From Asterias rubens (lineage: Eukaryota), in contig NC_047064.1 in NCBI RefSeq assembly GCF_902459465.1, positions 310,001-374,000 on the forward strand: DNA of 64,000 nucleotides. Reading direction: 5' to 3'. Below, one piece after another: positions 23,501 to 35,500 of the stretch (its first letter is position 1; each line of letters opens with the position of its first letter). The translations under genes and the position numbers were made by a program. The notes under the pieces were generated by a model, which was not told the origin of the DNA, did not search any database, and worked only from the letters and a program-made list of their open reading frames with translations.

Positions 23501-26500
23501 CAGGACATCATGATGCAGGTATCAATCTCTTCATCATCATCATCATCTTAGAAATGTAGTCTTTATACCATCTTAGATATTGGTCATCATAGTCACTGCA
23601 TGTATTACGTTTAGTTATCACAACACACACATTTACTACTCATCATTCTTCTATTTCTTACTCTCTCTTTCAACTCAGTTGAGTATTTCATATTTATTTA
23701 AAATATTCAACAGCAATTTCCCTTGTATCAACAGTGTCCTTCTTAACTGGAACCAAATAACCTGACAATGTCAAAAAATTTTCGAAAAGGGCTAAATGGG
23801 ATGCACAACTAAAGTTTCCCTACCCATCTGAAGACCGGCGTTGATACTTACAGTGGCCACTAGTTTTTGCAAATATCACCACTTGTCAAGACTTGCCAAA
23901 GGGAATACTTCTCCTCCATCGCTATGTATCAAGAACTCACTGTTTGCTGGCTGCAAAAATAGTTTGCTTCAATCATCAAGTGGAATTAGTTACCACCTTG
24001 TTCATTTCATCAGCCATGGGAAATACTTCTCACTCTCGTATTTAGGTGACATTGATTCATGCTACTAACATTGAGCATCAGGAGGGTTTGGGGGGAATGT
24101 GTGCACTCATTTTAATGTTTCAGTTGTCAAGAAAATTATTTTAGAACTAACCTTCAAAAACAGTTTTATGTCTTGATGAGTGCTAAGAATTGTTGTCAGC
24201 AATGTTTTTAGCTGAGTTTTGTCCCTGATCACTTTTCTCTCAGATTTATGTGTTTCAAAGCAAAATCAAATTTAAGTTGTTAGGTTGCTAAACTTTGAAG
24301 GAATACAAAAGAAAGTAACAATTGAGCATTGTGAAAATAGAATTAGCTGTTGCAAACTGCTTACCAACCAAAAGGACTTATGGTTTAAGAGCACAAAAAA
24401 TATGTAATGGCAGACTCTTGAGCAATTTCTAAGGTATTTTTGGCACTTATGAATTAATGATGTTGTCAGTGTTGTCCAGATTAAACATGTTTGGACTTGA
24501 TTGTTGAATTAAAGAATGAATATTGCATTTTTATCTGGACAGCTGGTATTCAACCGTTGAATGTTTCTCATATTAGTAGATGGGCTAATCAAGCTGCTGC
24601 CTACAAACGCGCAGGTATGAGGGCGCAAGGAAATTAACTACCTCAATCAATAATTCCTGGTTATGTCATCCCAGGTATACTAAACCTACACCTTTACATA
24701 TTAGGGTGATCAAATTGATCTTTACAAACATGGTTTACTAAACTACTAGTTTAAAATTCACAGAAACAGGAGTGATGATACAAAAATCAACTGAAACATG
24801 AACATATATTACCAAACTCATGATGGTCATCGTTGCCACTGCCAAAAGTTTTTCTTCAAACACAAATTATAATATTTTACATCAGTAAATCAAGGCTAAT
24901 TAGAAGATTTAATTGCACAGGTGTATTTTCGTGAAAACCTGAATTTGATTTTATCATGACACAGAAAGCACTCAATGAATCAGAATGATCACATATCAGT
25001 TTATACATAATTGTCTGTTGTTGTTATCACAGTGTTTTAACACATTAGGATACACATTAAATCACAGCTTTTTCTCCTTCTGCAACCAATCTCAAATGCA
25101 AAGTATCCAGGCATTCTCATTTAGAAAATCAAACCTGTTTTATTGTTTGTTCTTTTTTTTTCAATAAATTTTAGAGACATCATTCGATCACAAAGCGACA
25201 TTTAGCTTCAGAAAAAGATAGATTATTCAAGAAATCCTTTAGACCTTGTATTCCTAAACTGTACTAACCTAACTATTATACTGATTTTCTCTGCACACAT
25301 TATAGTCACTAGGGGCTCAACTAACGTCCACCACCGGTCAGCCCTGTCCCAGCATGCCACCCCCTCCCCACCATACCCCTCTTCCTATCAGCATAATGCC
25401 CGTAGGCATGGTGGTCGGAGCCCATCCTTACCAGAAACAGACGCTAATTTTGATTCAATGCCGCTGGGATTTTCAGCTGAAGATTTTACTTGGCAGCGAG
25501 GTAGATAATTTAGTGTGTAGTTATTAACAAAAAACCAGTCTATGCTTAACCAGTTTTAAAACAGATGCAAAGTTGGGTTCAACAAATTGAAAACAACTTA
25601 TATATCTTTAGAACCTCCAGAAACAAAGGATCAGTTGTTATTGTAGTAAACTAAAAGCATTGTTAAGCTTGGTTGGTTGGTTACTTGGGTCTTTTCCAAA
25701 CCTTGGCTCATGTTCAGAATCCAGGTTCTGTTTGATGTAAACGGACCATGCAAACTGCTCCAACATTGATGACAGAACCTGAGCATAAATTTAGGTTTGG
25801 AAAAGACCCTTTGATTGAAACTAATGGTTTGCTCTAACTCTAGCTCTTGTCAAATATTTTGTACCACTCCAGAATATTATTGAACTGTCCAGACACTAAT
25901 TATTCCAGAGGCAAACAGCTATTAACCTTTGCTTGTTAATCTAATATGTTTTCATGTTTTACATAGTAATGTTTGTACCTATTTATTACGTTTGCCTTGT
26001 ATCTTGTAATGAGTCTAAATCTGATATGGGTGTCAAACTTATTCTTAGTTTACTTCTGTAATTATCATGGGCTAATGATCTAGAACAAGCTAGTTTTTGT
26101 TGGTGTAAGACTTTTACTAACATTTCAAACAGTAGATTAAATCAAGTGCCTCAGACATATGCACTTGATTGAGGTAGGCCTACGCTAAATAGTCAAAGCA
26201 ATTATACAATAACTCTCTTATTAATGTCATGTTTGTGTTTATGTCCAATGTGTGTGATGTATTTTTTGACCTGATCTTAACAGCTCGTCCTGTCACGTTG
26301 TCTTCTTCACCTCGCATGGAGAACCTTTCTGAGTTTGTGACTCAATCAGAGGTTCATAGCAGTTCAGGTAGAGTTTATTCCTCTAAGTTAGGAATAGTCA
26401 ATCATTGTTCCCACCTAGACATATTCATAGTTAGAATACAGGCCTGATACTTCACAAAAACAACCTCCATGCCCCACCCCCACCCCCACCCCATGGGCCC

Positions 26501-29500
26501 AATTTCATAGCAATGCTTAAGCACATCAAGTAGCTAAGCACAACAAAGATTACCAGATTAAGGTTACTTGCCAAAATTACAATGAGTTATGTGCCATTTG
26601 TATCTGATATCCTGATATTGTTTTGCTGAACACAACAAAATCATGCTTACCAGATTAAGGTTACCAGCCGAAATTACAATGAGTTATATTGCATCTATAA
26701 CTGGTATCCTGCTATTGTTTTGCTCAGCAGAGTTTGTTTAAGCAATATTTTCTGCTTGAGGCGTACTATGAAATTGGACTTTTTGGAATATTCCTGTAGA
26801 CATGTAGACTTCCTCATAGAGATGCCCTTTATTGAAGAAAAACTGCCTGACCCTTGTACAAGAACAAAATATATGTAACTCAGCCCTCCAAAGAGATGGA
26901 CTCATCTGCTACCATTAAAGATTAGTTTTCACATTAGTTTGCTTTAAAGAATCGAATGCAAAGATTACTAATGAAAAGAACTGTCCAGGTAGTGATATTT
27001 CTGGAATCACTTAGTGTAATCGTCTAATATTACATGATGTTTGTAGGTGTAGATAAATCAGTTGGATGAACTTATGAACTTGGGTACAAACTTGTTCAAA
27101 AAGTAAACACATATTATACTCAACATTGGTAGGATTGAAAACATTATGTTCCCATAATTTTCACAGTATGAACAAGATCATGATGAAAAAACTCCTGTAA
27201 AATATTTTTTGCTTGAAAGTTTTCGACAAATTAGTTTAACAATTGGTTTTTAACTCACAAGTTCAAAACCCATGTTTGAAAGCAGTGAAGACACATCATG
27301 TTTTTCCACTATTTTCTCATGACTGTGATGACTGATTGATCTTAAAGTTTCACAGGTTTGTCATTTCATGTATATGTTGGGTCAAATACTGGTCAAATGA
27401 CTATTACCAATGTTGTCTGCACGCTTTAAGCTAATTGGTACCTGTGAGATTTATTCTAATTAAGCTATCGGTTACCAATGTCTCTGTCCAAACAGTTTCA
27501 GCAGCCAAACCATCTACCTCGGAGTACCAGTCTGACTCCTTGATTCATTCAGAGATTCAGAATGATGATGTTATCAATTCAGATGAAGGTATTGAAGTCG
27601 AGCTAGCATGGCTTAAGAATTCAGTGCAACAATTTGCTTGCGCCAATTTTTCAAAATTAGAAATTTTCTTGTAGTGTTTGTAGATAAAGAATTGTAGACA
27701 ACACCTTCTTTTATGTGATATTTTCAACTTCAGAAGATCCAATAGATTGCCGCCAGATTAAAGGGCAAAGTATGTAGATCTACAAAAAAGCTAAAAGGTT
27801 CAATTAAAGTGCAGGTTAAATAATATAAATGGGATAACAGATGAATAACTGCTTTATACTGATTTGAATTCGTCAGATTAGAGATGGAAGGAGGATACAT
27901 GCTGTTACTGAATTCCAAAATTTATTCACCTAATATTACCTGTTCTGGTTAAAGACAGTGGACGCTATTGGTAATTGTCAAAGACTAGCCTTCACAGTTG
28001 GTGTATCTCAACATATACATAAAATATCAAACCTGTGAAAATTTGAGCTCAATCGGTCATCGAAAGTGCGTGATAATAATGAAAAAAAAATAACCCTTGT
28101 CACACGAAGTTGTGTGCGTTTAGATGGTTGATTTCAAGACCTCAAGTTCTAAATCTGAGGTCTCGAAATCAAATTCGTGGAAAGTTACTTCTGTCTCGAA
28201 AACTATGGAACTTCAGAGGGAGCCGTTTTTCCCAATGTTTTATACCATCAACCTGTCCCCATTACTCATCACCAAGAAAGGTTTTACGCCAATAATTATT
28301 TTGAGTAATTACCAATAGTGTCCACTGCCTTTAACAATTATTAGAGTCTCAAACTTCATTAAACAAAAAACCTCATAGAAGTTGATGGGGGTGTAGTCTA
28401 TAGACTTCCTCTGCACATTCAAACATCTTTGTTTTAGTGATATGCGCTATATAAATACGGTTTATTATTATTATTTATTATATTATTTATAGTTCCATAA
28501 ATAACTTCCAAACTTAATTTTAATTAAAAGAGTATTTGATGTCAAGTCTTTTTCGCTCAGTGTAGTTGAACTGCATTGTTATTTCTTGTTTTTAGTCATT
28601 GTTCAGAGTAGTAATTATTAGTGTTTGGTATGTTTTTCAAATAATGTGAACTTTTTAGATTTAGTAGCCCTTTGAATTCATTTTTGTTCCTGTCTCCTAT
28701 TAATTTTAACCTTATCATTGCCTCACTTAATCCTACTAACAATAACATAGATACCAGAGTTGATCCAAAGCAATATTGCCCTCTATCGTTGCACATGTTT
28801 GCTTCATCTCTGTTCATTTCAATTATCATCAAGTCATTAACATCAACTACTAATACTGAAATAGCTCAACCATAAGCAGTCACTCCACACTAATAATAAT
28901 GACATTAATTTGTTTACTTCTATTGAGTACATGATTATAAGGTTTTACCCTTACACCAATGTGTAATAAGCACTTTATACTAAGCTGTTTAAATATAGAA
29001 AAAATATAAAAAATAACTTATAAAAGCTTGAAAAGATAAAAACCAACACGCACATGATACCTTTATTTGTTGGCAAGCCATCTCATTTCATTCATTTTTT
29101 TGATCTGAAGATTATTTCTGCTTTAAAATCATTTTAAAAGTTTGTAAGCTCTTCATGTTATGGCACAATTGTCAGGCTGTAGCAACTTAATAGGAAAGGG
29201 ACACTTCTAATACTGCCATATTATTTGACTGACTTTTATTAACTCACATTTTTAGTTTTAAGGATGGGTCTCTAGGTAGACAGTCAATGTTTTGAACAAG
29301 AAAGAAACGAATTATCGGTTGCAAACTGCTCACCAACTGAATTGACCCTTGCAGAGTCATGTTCAAAGGCTAGCAGAAGACTCTGCCAGGGTCAAGTTAA
29401 CTTTTTTTGCAGTCAATGTTTTAAAACCATTATCCTGTACAATAACCTGTATTTTCAAACGAGCCCATCTTAACTGCTCAATACCTGCTTCTTATTATTT

Positions 29501-32500
29501 ACAGCTGGTCGTACCTCACCACGCTATGCCACATGGGGTGCTAAAGCCAACCTCAATGATCAACAAAAGTCCAGCAGTGTCAACTACAACTCAACCAACA
29601 TCCACGTTGAGGACGTAAGGAACAACTACACTGCTAATGATAGTTTCTCCACACTGCGTGGTAATGGGCACCAGGGAAGCCGTGGAGAGGCCTATAACAC
29701 ACTGGATAGACAGGCATCTCATAACAACGCTTACTCTGCTGATAATCAGATCATTACGTTCCCAGAGACGGCTGGCGGACCTCAACCCTTCACTATCACC
29801 TTTGAAGAGACGACTACTTCCCATAATGTGGAGAAGTCTGTACCTTTACCGGATGGCACAAACTTCAAGACGTCTTCCAGTCATCAAACCTTTGCTAAAT
29901 CTTACAGCACCTCAGATGCATCTCAAGATCAGAATCTTCAAGCAATGTTACAAGGAGGATTGGAGAATGGACCTCTGGCAATAGAAATACCCAATTCTAA
30001 TAACACCCTACCAGGTAGAAAATTACTTCAAACGTATTTTTGTATTGGTTGTTTTTCTGAAACTCTAATAATTATTCTAAACAACATGTGCATAATATTG
30101 AAATGTTTAAATGTTATGAGAACTGTACAACTGTTCTGCTGCATTGAAGACGAATGCAGCGCACATCAAAAAGACCTCTTCTTTCAAAAAGAAGTTAAAA
30201 CATGGTTGTCTCTTTTTTTGTTTTATTCATTATTATTTTACTTAGATGCCACTCATGGTATTGGGGCTACAAAGAAGAGAACATTTGTTATGCTCTTTGA
30301 AGCTGGCATAGCATTTTCAATACTAAGTTTACTTTGTTTGTGTCCTCTCCAGCCATTACCGCTGCTCCTATGTTCCGTTCCGGTAGTTTCAACCCCATCC
30401 CTCAGGACAGTCCTTCCTCCATTACATCTCATGCTAATAGCCGCTCTCCTCCAATGACCAACTACAACTTCACTAACTCAGAAAACAACTCATCTCAGAC
30501 GCAATCTAGCGGTTATACCAGCGCTGGTAACACAAGAGGGCGTGCTTCAAGTATTGGTGCATCATCTATTGATAGTATGGGTTATCGGGGAAGGCGTGGC
30601 TCAGAAAATTACAACAGTGAATATAAGAGCAGTGTACAGGGGACTTCGCCGATAAACATCCCCCCGCCAAACCCAACCTCTGCATATTCTTCAAGCTTCC
30701 AAGACTATGCTTCTTTGAGAAGGGAAGAAACTGACAAGGGATATGGATTGGGTCGATCAGCATCTGACCTTTACAACGGGTCATCTGGTATAGGGATGAG
30801 TAAACCTAGAGCAGGATTCAACACCATTGACCGCTCAGCTGGATTCAACACCATTGACCGCTCAGCTGGATTCAGTACTGACAGTGCTTATGGAAGTCCA
30901 ACTCATGGTTCTGGGTTCACACTCCCTAGCCGGACAGGTATGTACAGTTTCTTATTGATAACAAGTCCTTTCCTAATAGATGCTAAATTTGCATCAAACT
31001 GAAGAATATTACTTGTACCCTTACAGTGGTGTGTGTAATTAATGTATACTCATTACTTTCCCGAGTTATGTGAACAAAATCACAGGCGTAACACTCAAAG
31101 TCCTTTCCTTTCGAACCTATTTGCCTTCTTCTGTTCATGCTGTTTGAGATAGGCTGTTTGTTTTTTTTTAGTTTGAAAAATGCAGTCAACAAAACTTAGT
31201 CACTTATTTTTAGTTCCAAACATGCTTTGCTTGAAACTGTCTTATATTTCAAACTACAACTGAATGATTTCATTTCTTTGCTATTTGAAGGTGGTTTGAC
31301 CGTGCCAGAGTACCGCCCCAGCAACTCTTACCAATCCAGTGCTTTCCAGAACTCTTCCGAATCTCAATCTTTTGGTTCCTATGGCAACGGTCAGCGTTCT
31401 GGTAGCCAATCTCAGGTCTCCTACAATAATAACAATGCCTCAATACCTAGACAGGTGGTAGAGGTTGATCATGCTGAAGTACAAACACCAGAGAGGTTTA
31501 CAAGCAAATCAGGTGAGTTTATCTGTAGGAATTCCATTGCTAACGTCGGCAGTCTTGTATTGAGTCCTTGAGTCAGAGTGAAAACTTTAAAACATGATAC
31601 AGCTTGGTCCTTAGCCTGGTACTTCCCTCTTGCAGTTATAAGACTGTAACTTTGGCTAAAGCCTCGATCCTGTATATATGTAGATGAGTCAACTGTAAAT
31701 CATTTTTTATTATTCGCCTGAATAAGCTTTTTTTAATAACTGTTTTTCTTGATTCATCTTGAAACATCAAGACTACACCAGCTCTTTTCAGAGCCAACAA
31801 TCCCCCAAAATAGATTTTACACATGGTTGTACCCGCAAGTTTACTGTTTACCTTCTTACGTATAGTAACTTCTTAATTAATCTCCAATGAAAAACACTGA
31901 GAGTTTCTAAACTTCTTGCCCGATCCAGATCTCCTGCAGTCATCTTCCTACACATCACCTAGCATTCCAGAATTCACAGCTAGACCGCTAAGACGCTCGA
32001 TGTCTGTTGATCATGAATTCGGTCTTGAGACTAGCGATAATTTCTGGAACAGCGGCAGTAATACTAACCTCTCAAGTTATCATCGAGAGACAAAAGAATC
32101 AAGAGAAAGTACCCGAGGGGTTGATTCTGGTGCTTCAGAGTCACAACGAGGGCGCTCTCGCTTCGTTGGGGAAAACACCTACGGAGGAGTCAGCTCAAGA
32201 TCTCGGTCACTTGATAGGTTTGGGGAACGTGAAGGTAATCCGCAATTATCGCGTGTTGATTATCTCTGATGTATGTCAGAGAAGCAACAAACTTAATGGA
32301 CACTGGTGATTGGTTCTATAATGTTAACCATCTCTTTTTTCTGTTCTTCTTGCAGTGCTCAAAGTTTCTTCAAAACTAATTCCTTTTTATGAGGTGTTTT
32401 TTTATCAGCTCTTTTGTTATAATGATTGTTTTTGTAAATTTAATTGCTACTGACTATATCTTGGGTACTATTTCTTTTGTTAATTCAAAATATTTGTATT

Positions 32501-35500
32501 TACTGCTGTGTTTTCCAATTAATTAACTAACTCTTTTTGACTGCTTTTTCTCATTGCAAAATATGATTTCCTTTTGCAGGTCTACATAATGGTGGTGGTG
32601 TATTCTAATTGCTAACAATGAATCTCTCTTGTCCTTAATATCTTCTTTCTTTCAAACTTTGTCGACATTTTCTACAGATGTGTATCGCTGATGATGAGAC
32701 TTCCTTGCTTTCTCATAAACAATAGTGCAATATAAACAGTCACGCCTGAGGGCATTCCAGCAAGTCATATGAAGCCATGTTTAAAATGCCACATCTGTTT
32801 ATTCTCATATTACTATAATGAGTTGTGTTCAATTAGTGTCATTTGAGGTTACACAATTGGTGTGCCCCACAATGCATTGTGTTGTCATATAAAGAACTCA
32901 CAGTTTTTTTGCATTTTATAAGTTTCCTCATTTTATGCATGAAAAAAATTGAATAAAGTACTCTCTGTATGTTATGCACTCCAGAAAAATTGTCACGACC
33001 TCAAATCAACAAGAACAATCCACAAAACCGTAAGAAACATTTAGTTCATGTGCATGATGCCTCGTGGTAAAAAAAACCCAAAAACAAACAAACACCCCAA
33101 AACCCCAACCCACCCAAGACAAGCAAACAATTGTCCATTTCTCTTTGTTTCCCTTCTCAAACTTCCTCCTGATATGGGGTCATCTTGGCTCAGAGTTAGC
33201 GTGAAATAATAAAATAAAAAGATTAGAGCTTGTGTTTTTGTAGTGAAATTGTGCATGACAAAGATTGACAATGACATTGCATCGTGCTAGGGTAGGCTTG
33301 TCATCACCCCCAAACCTCAAGCCCTTTTCTTTGCTGCATACTGTAATGGTAAACTAATTTCTTCAATACTAATATTTGCGTGGTTTACAGAACGTCACAT
33401 GTCACCCGTTGGAGGTTATGATTATCACGCATCGTCCCCACGACAACATCAAATGGATCGTCCTGCATACATGTATAATACCAACACAACATCATCAGGT
33501 ACCATGGAAACCAGACTGTTAAATACCTCCAGTCTAAGTTCATAGAACCTTCCCCTAAGGCCAAATTGTTAATTCTAAGCTGTATTTTCCAGCTTTCTGT
33601 TCATGGCAGTAAATCTCTGTCTTCTGAAGAAACTCTTTCTAGTAAATATTCAAAAATATAAGTACACTCGACTGTTTACAAAAAGACTCTAAAAAATATT
33701 CTATGAATGAGTGTGTTTTTGTTTTGTTTAATCTGCAATGAATTTTAAATCTGCACAGTTTGATGCCTGGTTTTTATTTAACATGAAATCCTCACACCAA
33801 TTTACTTGAAGGTTAAATTGAAGAGATTGTGATTGAGATTAACCGTGTTTTCTAACAATACACTTTTGAAGCATTTGGAGACAAACTTTGCACTGTTCCA
33901 ACTTTATGCTAATTTTGTTATGCACTTGTTTTTGCTTTCTTGAGCTTATCTTTGCTTTCCTACTATTATTGCTAGTTCTTATCTGAAGCCAGTTTTAATC
34001 CCTGGTTATACTTCCTGCAAATGCAAATTTGGAACAAATTTTAACGTTCCAGCTCTGCAAATATTTTGCATGAGTTGAACACAACTCAGCTTTTCAGAAT
34101 TATTTGTTGCGAATTTGTGACGTCAAAATACGTATAGCATTTGCATTGGTAGGAAGTATGAACCAGGTTTTAGACCCTGAGTTCTCTTTCTGATCAAATA
34201 ATACAATCATTCTTGGTTGAGGGTTTTTCTTCTGACTGTAGCTCATTTCTTTCAAACTCTCTCAGGTTACCATAGCGATACTAACACAACAAGTTCCCAT
34301 GATGATGGTTCGAGTACCCAAGGGTCGACATCCAGGGCTGGGAACCCACTTTCAAGTTTTAGTGTCCCTGGCCCACCTCCTAACTACCAAGCTGCAAGAG
34401 GTGATAGTTACAAAAGAGTACTTTAACCTTCGGCTATGGCCATTTTCCGAAATCCACGGCTTCGGCACCAGAATGGGCTTAGGCTAGCTTGGCCCTGTGG
34501 TTTGTTCATGGTTTGCATATGCACTCAGGGCTTCAGATGAGAGGACTGAGCCAGAAGCCGAATCCAAAAGCTGAAGCCGTGGTTTTCAAAAGGGCTGATG
34601 ACTCATTCTACAACATTCTTACAAGAGCCAACAGTTGGAAAGCTTTAATAGATTTGTATTTTTATTTTTATTTCAAACCAAATTTGTTCCAAACTTCTTT
34701 TGTTGTTAAGAATCTTGTTAAAATTCAGTCTTACACCATGAGCAACCATTTCCTTGACTTGCTGATGATTCTTTCCTTGATTGATCATGATCTTAATCAT
34801 GTCCAGCATGATGTAATATCATCAGGTGGATAACATAGTATCATGTTAATCCAATGTTTGTTGTGTATGAAGATAAATTACATTTCAAGCTTTCCGATAT
34901 TGATGTAATGTTTGTATGTATTTATGCTCTGATCAACAAACATATAAAGACAGTCAAAGTGGTGGAACTCAAAGCTGCTAAGTATTGAGGTATATTTTAA
35001 TTTTGGATTACAAAACCTGTTGATCAGAAACTCCAGTTTGCCTGTATTAGGTCTTTACACCAATGATATTTTCTGATTTCAGTTAAGATTCAAGCCCCAA
35101 GCTACAGTCCATTGAAGCGTAACACCCAGCCTGGTGTGGCTAGAGTACGAGCTCAACCATTGCCTGTAGTCACCCCTAGAGCTCCTGATGTGACGTACAG
35201 AGGTATTGGTGATGGTACTAGCCCAGGGGTGAGTTTATATCAGGAGGTAAATAAACAATAAGATTATATCAATTAATCATACATTGGTGTGTTAGGTTTG
35301 AATGATGTCTGGTACATTGACTTGTTCAGTCACAAGTGAATGCTTTATTGGAAATCCTCAGACTGAATCAAGTGTTACTATGTCACATGGCAAGCCCAAT
35401 TTCATAAAGCTGTTTAGCAGAAAATACTGCTAAGAAGTGTTTTCACTTAGCAAAAATTTAGTTAGGCTAGGAAATAAAAAGCTTGGTCAAACTATGTGAT

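Noticed and set aside
28110-28318. ORFs inside TTAA-MITEs (also 43591-43977 and 45935-46284)
   Set aside because: The similar peptides recur only because the non-coding element is repeated; no transposase motifs
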